Source: Deltaproteobacteria bacterium
Lineage (GTDB): Bacteria > Myxococcota_A > UBA9160 > UBA4427
Direction of reading: 5' to 3'
Assembly (NCBI GenBank): GCA_019310975.1
Contig: JAFDDH010000010.1
Span: 1,375 to 65,374, forward strand
Length of the DNA: 64,000 nucleotides
A model generated the notes under the pieces. It did no database searches. It worked only from the letters and a program-made list of their open reading frames with translations, and was not told where the DNA came from. Below are positions 9,692 through 17,522 of the stretch, one piece after another (the first letter of the stretch is position 1; each line of letters opens with the position of its first letter). The position numbers and the translations under genes were made by a program.

Positions 9692-9713
9692 GAAGCCGGA
9701 TCTGGGCCTTCCT

Positions 9714-11456
9714 TCACCGCACCGTCGGCCCACCCCGGACGAGCCCGACCCAATGCGATCTGCCACCTACGATCATCTCGTCACGCACGAAGTTCAGCTC
9801 GATATGCCGCGCCAGAACGGGGAATAGCAGCTTGAAGGCCGGAAACTCCGGGTACATCTGCGGATTCATGACGATGCAGCGGATCGGCACCTCATCGATG
9901 CGCTGCGCGATCAGCGCTCCGTCCACGTTGCCGGGGATCGTGAGATCGTAGGGCGAGGCATTCGGCCTATTCGTCAGAAAGTAGACGATGGGAATATCCG
10001 GCAGCGCGAGGATGGGCTCGTCTTCCTGCGCGCAACGATTCACGAATCGCACTGCGCCGCCGAGCAGATCCGCCTGCCGCTCGGAAACTCGCAGCGACGC
10101 ACGCGGAAGCTCCAGCGACACGGGATTCCAGCGCGCAACGTCGCGGCTGATCCTGATGCAGACAACAGTGGCCACGAGCGCGAGCACGCCTGCCGCGCCG
10201 CGCAACGACCAGCCCGGCCACGACGTGCCGGGTGCCAGCCGGTCGAGGGCGCTCTCGAGCCGATCGGCCAGGAAGGAGAAGAGCAGTAGGGTCGGCACGC
10301 CGACGAAGGCGAGATGCGACCAGATTGCCGATGGGAAGATGCCCGGAAAGAAGAGGACACCGAATAGCAGCGCGCAGCGATTCGCACGCGCCGGCTCGGT
10401 GTCGTCCCAGCCTCGCGTCCCCCACAGGACGGGCAGCGACACGAGCACAGCCAGCAGCGGCAGCCCATAGCTTGCCCGGATCGCGAATGAGCGAAACCAG
10501 GGCACGATCGTGATCCCCGCCCAGGGCTCGCCATGTACCAGGGCGTTGAAGATCGTCGGTGGTGAGTAGAGAAAGATGAAGCGGCCGTCGTGGTCGGGGT
10601 GTGGGCCGAGGATCGGTGGCATCGGGTTGTTGAAATGCTTCAGCTGTGAGCCGCCAAGAGAGAACACACTGGCGTCCAGCCAGTCGTGGACGGTGCCCGT
10701 GGCCACGAAGAAGCTCACGAGCACGAGCGTGAGAGCCGCCCCGGAGACGGCGATCGGCAGGAGCACGCTGACCAGAGTGCGATTGTCGAGAGCACTCTCC
10801 TTCCAGCTCGAGAGCAGGCCGACCCCCAACGACACGAAAATCAGGAAACCGAAATTCTGCTTGGTGAATACGGCGGCGGCCACGAAGAGCCCGAGCCATA
10901 GCGCATCCAGTCGGCGGCCCCCCTCGAGGTATCGCAGCAGGAAGAGCAGGGCTATGAGTCCGAAACAGACCGCCAGCGTCGAGTAGTTGAAGATCGAGAG
11001 CACGGGAAAGCTCACGACGATGAGCGCCATGTGGAAGAGTGGCACGAGCAGCGCCCAATGCGTCCGGACCATGCGTCGCGCGATCCACCAAAGGGTGAGG
11101 GAGGTTGCCGCGTTGGTTGCGACCGCAGCCAGGCGCGTCACCCACATATCCTCACCGAAGAGCGCGAAGAGACCGGCGGTGATCAGGTAGATACCAGGAA
11201 AGATGCCGGTATGGATGTCGCGGTAGAGTCGCTTGCCATCGAGCAGCCAATCGGCGGCGGCCGCGAGGTGGCCCTCATCCATCGGTACCAGAGCGCGGTC
11301 GTGGATCGTCCACTGCGCGATCACCGAGAGCAGGGCGATGCAGACGGGGACAGCGAAATCGCGGATCCGGTCTTCGTCCACTCGGCTCGGCTCTCCCTCT
11401 CTTGCCTCGACTTCACCTGGATTGCTCGGACACCGCCCCGGTCGCCGCGCGGCCAT
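9714..11456 (-). CDS. GT-C fold membrane glycosyltransferase (PMT_2/ArnT-like), tandem paralogue
   Basis: ATG 11456. Acidic motif PMDEGHL, TKQNFG, many TM segments, and the same architecture as 7461-9656. Confidence 0.8.
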   Translation of the reverse strand: MAARRPGRCPSNPGEVEAREGEPSRVDEDRIRDFAVPVCIALLSVIAQWTIHDRALVPMDEGHLAAAADWLLDGKRLYRDIHTGIFPGIYLITAGLFALFGEDMWVTRLAAVATNAATSLTLWWIARRMVRTHWALLVPLFHMALIVVSFPVLSIFNYSTLAVCFGLIALLFLLRYLEGGRRLDALWLGLFVAAAVFTKQNFGFLIFVSLGVGLLSSWKESALDNRTLVSVLLPIAVSGAALTLVLVSFFVATGTVHDWLDASVFSLGGSQLKHFNNPMPPILGPHPDHDGRFIFLYSPPTIFNALVHGEPWAGITIVPWFRSFAIRASYGLPLLAVLVSLPVLWGTRGWDDTEPARANRCALLFGVLFFPGIFPSAIWSHLAFVGVPTLLLFSFLADRLESALDRLAPGTSWPGWSLRGAAGVLALVATVVCIRISRDVARWNPVSLELPRASLRVSERQADLLGGAVRFVNRCAQEDEPILALPDIPIVYFLTNRPNASPYDLTIPGNVDGALIAQRIDEVPIRCIVMNPQMYPEFPAFKLLFPVLARHIELNFVRDEMIVGGRSHWVGLVRGGPTVR

Positions 11457-11689
11457 GAATCCCCAGGTCGAGCCGGGCCCCCTGGGGCCGATTCGCTGCC
11501 TCCTGCACCGCGGCCGCGCGGTGGCGCTCCGGCGGCGTCGAGTCTACGCGATCCGGGCGCACTCGTACGGATGATTCAGATTGCGTCGCGAGGGGCGGCC
11601 AGGGTCCGATGCTACGTTGATCGTTTGCCATGCTTACCAGAGGGACCCGGTCATCGGTGGAGGCGGTGCGCACGCGGGAGCGCCGAGTG

Positions 11690-12556
11690 ATGATGCGCAC
11701 CGCAATGGTCGGGCTGGCGGGCACATTGGTCGGCGCACTTCTCGTGTGGTGGCTGATCGACGATCCGAATGCCGAGACGCCCCGCCCGTCCGCGCGATCC
11801 GAGTCGTCGTCCGCTCGTGTGCTCTCCGTGGCAGAGCGCGCGACGGACGTCGAGCAGCTGCGCGCCGAGCTCGAGATCGAACGTGAGATGCGGCGCCGGC
11901 TGGCCGACGAGATCCAGAGTCTGAAGCGGCCCCTCCTGCACGCGGCATCCGACTCTGTGGATGCCGATGCGCAAGAGCTCCGCGACCCCGGGACGGATCC
12001 GCGCGAGCGCCCTCGCGCGGATGCGCTCTCGGCCGCCGACGGTGCCTGGTTCTCGACGAGCGACCTGCGCAGCCTCGGCCTGGACGAGCGCGAGATCGAG
12101 CGGATCCAGGAGGTGTGGGATCGCTACGAGATGGCGCGCATCGAGCTCATGCACCGCGTCGCGCGCGAGGGCAAGGAGGGCAAGAAGGGCCACAAGAAGA
12201 TCCATGCCCGCGATCGAATGGCGATCGATCTCCGCGCCCGAGACGATCTCGGCGACGACGGCTACGACGCACTCCTCTATGCGAGTGGCCAGGAGAATCG
12301 GGTGATCCTGTCGGAGATCCTCGAGACGTCGCCAGCCGCGGCGGCAGGCCTGTTGAGAGGTGACGAGTTGATCGGCTACGACGGCCAGCGGATATTCCGT
12401 CCTCGCGACATCCTGCACCTGATCTCGCTCGGCGAAAGCGGCGAGTGGGTCGAGGTGATCGTCAAGCGCGAAGGCAGGGTCCAGCGCCTGCATGTGCAGC
12501 GCGGGCCGCTCGGCGTACGTCTCGGGACCGATCGCCGCGTCCCCTATCTGGACTGA
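11690..12556 (+). CDS. membrane-anchored coiled-coil / PDZ domain protein
   Basis: ATG 11690 (MMRTAMVGLAGTLVGALLVWWL is a TM segment). Charged coiled-coil middle region. C-terminal PDZ-like segment: ILSEILETSPAAAAGLLRGDELIGYDGQRI. Confidence 0.75.
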   Translation: MMRTAMVGLAGTLVGALLVWWLIDDPNAETPRPSARSESSSARVLSVAERATDVEQLRAELEIEREMRRRLADEIQSLKRPLLHAASDSVDADAQELRDPGTDPRERPRADALSAADGAWFSTSDLRSLGLDEREIERIQEVWDRYEMARIELMHRVAREGKEGKKGHKKIHARDRMAIDLRARDDLGDDGYDALLYASGQENRVILSEILETSPAAAAGLLRGDELIGYDGQRIFRPRDILHLISLGESGEWVEVIVKREGRVQRLHVQRGPLGVRLGTDRRVPYLD

Positions 12557-12607
12557 AGGCAGGGCGTGGGCCAGCCGCGTCAGCGGGCGGCGAGTCGATC
12601 GTCTCGA

Positions 12608-13399
12608 TCACGAAGAGCCCGATTTTGGAGTGCGGCAGACGGCCAGCAGATCCAGACAGTCGTCGCGCGCCGGCCCGATCGGGAAGTCGGCCAGCGTGAC
12701 TTCCGGCAGACCGTCACTCCGCTGGATGCCGCGGCGGATGACGACCGCGAGCCGGCCGAAGAGCCAGTCGATGAGCTTGCGCGGCAACACCTTGCGCAGG
12801 CCGAACGGGTCGATGCGCACGATCTTGCGGATGCGCGCGAGCCTGGCGTCGTAGTAGGCCCGTGGCTCCCGGGTCGCCGTGACGCCGAGCATCTCGACGT
12901 CACCGAAGTGGATTCGCAGCAGCAGAGCGAGCTCGTCGGCCGTGTACTCGCGTACGTGGAAGGGATTCTCGTTGTCGGATTCGAGCCTATTTGGGGTCGA
13001 GATCAGCACCAGGCCGTCGGGCCGCAGGATGCGGGCGATCGTGTCGAGGTAGACGCTGGGGTCCTCCAGATGCTCGATGACCTGGAAGCTCACGACCATG
13101 TCGAAGCTTGCCGGGGGCAGCGGAATGCCACCCACATCGGCGCGAATGAAGTGCGCACGGGCGTGGCGCGCCGCGGGGTCGGGTGAGATGCGATCGACGG
13201 CAAAGACACCCGGCAGAGCCGCGGCGAGCTCAGCCGTCCCGTAGCCTGTCCCGCAGCCGAGGTCGAGGATCCGACCCCTCGTGCGCTCCTGCGCGAGCCG
13301 GGTGGCATGCGCGTAGGCGGCGCGATGACGGACGAGGTCGACGCCGAAGAGGGGGTTGTCCGCGTGGAGGCGCTCGCCGGTGAAGAGCAACCGGCTCAC
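12608..13399 (-). CDS. class I SAM-dependent methyltransferase
   Basis: GTG 13399 overlaps the upstream stop as GTGA. Motifs: ILDLGCGTGYG, VVSFQVIEHLEDP, RPDGLVLISTPN. The rest of ORF 12608..14266 is an Arg-rich shadow frame. Confidence 0.85.
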   Translation of the reverse strand: MSRLLFTGERLHADNPLFGVDLVRHRAAYAHATRLAQERTRGRILDLGCGTGYGTAELAAALPGVFAVDRISPDPAARHARAHFIRADVGGIPLPPASFDMVVSFQVIEHLEDPSVYLDTIARILRPDGLVLISTPNRLESDNENPFHVREYTADELALLLRIHFGDVEMLGVTATREPRAYYDARLARIRKIVRIDPFGLRKVLPRKLIDWLFGRLAVVIRRGIQRSDGLPEVTLADFPIGPARDDCLDLLAVCRTPKSGSS

Positions 13400-14382
13400 G
13401 CGTCGACGTCCTCTCGATGCGCGATGGCCTCGCTGGCAAACTCGCGCGCGAAGAGCAGGCCGAGCGTCGAGCGCGTGACGATCATGCCAAAGGAGAGCAG
13501 CAGGCTCGCGGCCAGGAGCGTCTCGGCGGGTGCCCAGCGCTCGAAGAGAGCAACGAAGACCAGCTGCCCGGTTCCCAGCCCGGCCGCGGCGATCGGAAGT
13601 GCCGCCACGAGCAGCATCACGCAGGTGTTGACGATCAGCGGAAGCATTGGGACCGAAACGTCGAAGGCCGCAAGTGTGGCCCAGGCCAGCACGATGAAGC
13701 CGCCCACGAAAAAGCCGCGCAAGAGCCCGAGTCGAATCAGCAGCGCGATCGGCAATGTGCGGGCCGCGCGAAAGATCTTCAGCTCGCGAAGCCGATCGAG
13801 GGGACCCATCGAGACGGGCGCCCTGAGGAATGCGAAGCCGGCGACGATGGCGGCCCCCGCGAGCGCCACGACGCCGGCCTGGACACCGGGTGTATCCGTT
13901 CCCATCAGGGCCAGTCCGACGACCACGAAGGCCAGCAGGCTGCCGAGGTCGAAGAGACCGATCACGAAGACCGAGCCCGCCGCCTCCGCGAGCGGCATTC
14001 CGGCGCGCCGACGAAGCAGCACTGCCAGGGCACCCGCGCCGAGCGCATAGTTGATGATGCTCAGCAGATAGCTGGCGGCCTTGATGCGCGCGGCCAGGAG
14101 TAGACTCGAGAAGGCGACGCTCTGGGAGACCACGAGGACCAGGCAGACGGCCTCGATGAAGAGGGCGACGACGACGAAGCCGAGCAGCGCCGGAACGAAC
14201 ACCATTGCCACCTCGAGTGTCACGCGCTCGAAGACGCGGCCGACGTCCATGCCCGAGAGGATCCATGCGAGCAACGAGCCACTGACCAGAAAGGGAATCA
14301 CCCAGCGCGCAATGGTGGCGGCGCGCGAGCGGCCCACAGCGGTCGCGCCGGCGGGCGGCGCCGTCTCGGCCTCCTCGCTCAT
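13396..14382 (-). CDS. flippase-like / lysylphosphatidylglycerol-synthase TM-region family (UPF0104) membrane protein
   Basis: ATG 14382 (MSEEAETAPP). About 8 hydrophobic spans. The context (GT2 + GT4 + MTase) is typical for this family. Confidence 0.8.
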   Translation of the reverse strand: MSEEAETAPPAGATAVGRSRAATIARWVIPFLVSGSLLAWILSGMDVGRVFERVTLEVAMVFVPALLGFVVVALFIEAVCLVLVVSQSVAFSSLLLAARIKAASYLLSIINYALGAGALAVLLRRRAGMPLAEAAGSVFVIGLFDLGSLLAFVVVGLALMGTDTPGVQAGVVALAGAAIVAGFAFLRAPVSMGPLDRLRELKIFRAARTLPIALLIRLGLLRGFFVGGFIVLAWATLAAFDVSVPMLPLIVNTCVMLLVAALPIAAAGLGTGQLVFVALFERWAPAETLLAASLLLSFGMIVTRSTLGLLFAREFASEAIAHREDVDA

Positions 14383-14431
14383 CGACCCGTCCTGACCGGC
14401 CCGGTGTTCTTCCCGCGTGCGACTACCTCGC

Positions 14432-15562
14432 TCACTCTGTGCTCCGTGCGGCCTCGATTGCGCCGGCCATATCGTCCGCAGTGTGCTCCCAATCGAATTT
14501 CTTCGACCAGAGGAGAGCGGCCGAGGACATCGTCGCGGCGAGGATGTCATCGGCGAGCAGCTCGCCGATGCGCCGAGCGAATCCCTCCACGTCGGCGTCG
14601 GCGACCAGGAAGCCCGTCTCGCCATCGCGTACCGAATCGCGCAATCCGTCCGCGTCGGTCGCGACCACGGGCGTGCCGACTGCGTTCGACTCGACCACCG
14701 TCAACCCCCAGCCCTCCTTTTCGGAGGGACAGACGCATACCCGCGCCTCGGCGAGCAGGCGATCGCGCAGCGCGATCGAGACGAAGCCCTTGAAGTGCGT
14801 TCGATCAGCCAGTCCCAGCTCGGCGGCCAGCTTGCGAAGAGCGGCCTCGGCGGGACCTCGTCCGACGATGGTGATCTGTGCGTCCGGGAATCGGTCCGAG
14901 AGCCTCGCCATCGCACGCAGCATGACATCGACCTTCTTGTAGACCTCGAGGCGACCGACGAATATCACCCCCGCACGATCCGACATCGAGAGATCGGGTG
15001 CGACCTCGGGCGAATCGATGCCGGGATGGCTCACGCGAATCCGCTCGGCGGGAAGCCCACGTGCGATCAGGTCTGATCGCGTGCTCTCCGAGATCGCCAC
15101 GAAGGGTCGCCTCCGGTAGAGGGCCGGGATCAGGCGCTCGGAGGCCCAGACCGTGGCGGCCACCGGCCACGGCTTCTGCTGGAATGCCACCTCGCCAAAG
15201 AGATGGTGGGCCAGCACCAGCACCGGCGCCCGCGAGTAGACGGGGGAGTAGAAGGGCACCTTGTTGAGGCACTCGACCACGACGTCGTACGCGCCCGCAC
15301 GTGTCTCGCGCAGCGTGCTCCACAGGGCGCGCGGGTAGTAGAGGGGCAGCGGCCCGAGCCGTCGGACCTCGATGTCGTCGACCCGCTCGCTCATCGCCCC
15401 GCCCGCGAAGCCTGTCGCGAGATGCGTGACCGCGTAGCCGCGACGCGCAAGCCGGCCGAAGATCTCCGAGACGTGCGTCTCCGCGCCTCCCGCCTTGGGG
15501 TGCTTCGGATCACGCTCGTTCAACACGAGCACACGGCAGGGCGACCGGGCGGGTTCGGTCAT
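14432..15562 (-). CDS. GT4-family (GT-B fold) glycosyltransferase
   Basis: ATG 15562 (MTEPARSPCRVLVL). The GGAETHV motif and the C-terminal E-x7-E-type region PSEKEGWGLTVVESNAVGTPVV. Confidence 0.85.
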   Translation of the reverse strand: MTEPARSPCRVLVLNERDPKHPKAGGAETHVSEIFGRLARRGYAVTHLATGFAGGAMSERVDDIEVRRLGPLPLYYPRALWSTLRETRAGAYDVVVECLNKVPFYSPVYSRAPVLVLAHHLFGEVAFQQKPWPVAATVWASERLIPALYRRRPFVAISESTRSDLIARGLPAERIRVSHPGIDSPEVAPDLSMSDRAGVIFVGRLEVYKKVDVMLRAMARLSDRFPDAQITIVGRGPAEAALRKLAAELGLADRTHFKGFVSIALRDRLLAEARVCVCPSEKEGWGLTVVESNAVGTPVVATDADGLRDSVRDGETGFLVADADVEGFARRIGELLADDILAATMSSAALLWSKKFDWEHTADDMAGAIEAARSTE

Positions 15563-15596
15563 CGATACGAGCCATGCCGCATGCTGGTGCGGGGTC

Positions 15597-16313
15597 CTAG
15601 AGCCGACCCAGGGCATCGGCGATGCGCAGCCACCAGACCACCCAGAGGGCCTCCAGCCCGATCCGGAACGTGAGCTTCGAGGTGCCGCGTGTGCGATCGA
15701 GGAAGAAGAAGGGGATCTCCTTGATGCGTGCACCGTGCTTGACGAAGCGGTAGTTCATCTCGATCTGGAACGCGTAGCCGTTGGAGCGCACGCGTTCGAA
15801 GCCAACCTTCTCGAGCAGCTCGCGGCGCACGCAGCGAAACCCGCCCGTTGTGTCGCTGACCGGCAGCGCCGTGATTCTCTTGGCGTAGACGTTTCCGAAA
15901 TAGCTGATCAAGATGCGCTCGATCGGCCAATTCACCACGGTGATTCCGTCCAGGTAGCGTGAGCCCAGCACCACATCGTGGTCCTCGATCTCGCGCAGCA
16001 GCTGGGGGATGACGTCCGGCGGATGCGAGAAGTCACAGTCCATCTGGATCACCTGGTCGGCACCCAGCTCGAGGGCGTGTGCGAGCCCGGCCCGGTAGGC
16101 GGGGCCCAAGCCCTGCTTGCTGGCGCGGTGCAGCACGTGGACGCGCTCGCTCCTGCGGGCGAGATCGTCGGCCAGCTTGCCCGTACCGTCCGGCGAGTCG
16201 TCGTCGACGACGAGGATCTCGAGCTCGGCATCCTGCTCGAGCACCGCCGGGACGAGCAGAGGCAGGTTCTCGGCCTCGTTGTAGGTGGGTACGACCACGA
16301 TGGTCCGGGGCAT
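15597..16313 (-). CDS. polyprenyl-phosphate mannose (or other sugar) synthase, GT2 family (second Ppm1/DPM1-like copy)
   Basis: Motifs: IVVVPTYNEAEN, LVVDDDSPDGTG, MDCDFSHPP, VLGSRY. By eye about 45% identical to 5167-5949. Confidence 0.9.
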   Translation of the reverse strand: MPRTIVVVPTYNEAENLPLLVPAVLEQDAELEILVVDDDSPDGTGKLADDLARRSERVHVLHRASKQGLGPAYRAGLAHALELGADQVIQMDCDFSHPPDVIPQLLREIEDHDVVLGSRYLDGITVVNWPIERILISYFGNVYAKRITALPVSDTTGGFRCVRRELLEKVGFERVRSNGYAFQIEMNYRFVKHGARIKEIPFFFLDRTRGTSKLTFRIGLEALWVVWWLRIADALGRL

Positions 16314-16652
16314 CCGGAGCTCCTGGGTGCGCGTCGGGACGCCTGTCCGCGCCCGGCCCCGAGCCGTCCCGCGATCGTTGTGTCGGGCCCGAGGGAAGAA
16401 TTAGCTTACTACTTTCGGGGGGTTCGGGACAAGTCGCCGCGCACCTTCCGGCCCGGCCGGAGCCCTAGCGCCGGTCCGCGAAAGGGCCGGGTTCGGAATC
16501 CGTCCGCGTGCGTCGCCTCCGCGGAGCGACAGGGTGGAATCCCACTCGATCGGGCCCGAATTCGGGAATTGTGCTCGTGATCATCAAGATCGAGCGCCAA
16601 TCGAGCGATATCCAGGCAGGTTGCGCACGTCTGAAACCCGGGAAAGGAACGC

Positions 16653-17453
16653 ATGACACCGCATCGGCATCGTTTGGTCGTATTCGCCCTCTGCGCGGGT
16701 CTCTGGGGAGGGGCTGGCACCGCGAATGCGGACTGGGTCCTCTACCTCTCCGGTGAGATGGGCACCTCGAGCGGGACCGTAGACTGGTCGGGCGAGACTA
16801 GCCTTCTTGCCCGATCGAGGAGCGAGAGCTACGGCGACTCGTCGCCGCTGCTTTCAGGTGCGTTCGGAATCGCGATACCGCTCGACGAGGTGACACCTTG
16901 GGAGTTTCCCTACGACGTTCGGTTGCCGCACTGGCCGCTTCGTTTCGAGATGGAATTCACAGGCCTGCGACACTTCGCGGGTCGTTCGAACGGCTTCACT
17001 ATTCCCATTGATATGTCCGGATCGACCGACTCCTGGTCGATGATGTTCGACTTCTGGCAGGACGTACCCATGCGCGGGCTGAATGGCCCGATCGCGCGCG
17101 CCTTCGGTCGCACGCCGCGCTGGCTCGTGAAGACGCTCGACAACATGACCTTCTTTGCAGGTGCGGGCGTGGGCATGGCCGGCGTGGACTATAGCTTTGA
17201 GGACGGCGTTCACCTGGTCGAGGGCGACACGTACAACTTCGCCTGGCAGGCGGGCACGGGCTTCGGCTACTCGCTCACCAAGGCGGTCACGCTGAGCTTC
17301 GGCTACCGTTACTTCGACTACGGGTCCGTGGAGACGGACCTCATCGACTCGTCACTTGTCATTGTGGGTCCCTTCTCGATCGGCCAGAGCTCGCACGAGT
17401 TTCGCGTCGGGCTTCGCTTCGACATCTGGGGATTCCGCGGCCCCTGGCTCTAA
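16653..17453 (+). CDS. outer-membrane beta-barrel protein (OmpA-like 8-strand / OMP_b-brl type)
   Basis: Signal peptide (VVFALCAGLWGGAGTANA), alternating aromatic beta-strand pattern, and a C-terminal ...FRVGLRFDIWGF. Confidence 0.75.
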   Translation: MTPHRHRLVVFALCAGLWGGAGTANADWVLYLSGEMGTSSGTVDWSGETSLLARSRSESYGDSSPLLSGAFGIAIPLDEVTPWEFPYDVRLPHWPLRFEMEFTGLRHFAGRSNGFTIPIDMSGSTDSWSMMFDFWQDVPMRGLNGPIARAFGRTPRWLVKTLDNMTFFAGAGVGMAGVDYSFEDGVHLVEGDTYNFAWQAGTGFGYSLTKAVTLSFGYRYFDYGSVETDLIDSSLVIVGPFSIGQSSHEFRVGLRFDIWGFRGPWL

Positions 17454-17474
17454 GTGATGTGCGCCGCAATACTT

Positions 17475-17517
17475 GGAGGCTTCCGATAGCACTCCCCGTG
17501 GTGCTGGGATAGCCTCC
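17475..17517 (+). other. imperfect nested stem-loop between the OMP and secretin genes
   Basis: GGAGGCT ... AGCAC-tccccgtg-GTGCT ... AGCCTCC. There is no U-tract. It could be an attenuator or processing site. Confidence 0.3.
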
Positions 17518-17522
17518 GGGCC

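Noticed and set aside
16484-16503. tRNA T-loop-like string gggccgggttcggaatccg in the 340-nt intergenic region.
   Set aside because: It has an extra G compared with GGTTCGAATCC, and I could not fold the flanks into acceptor, D or anticodon arms. It is not a tRNA.
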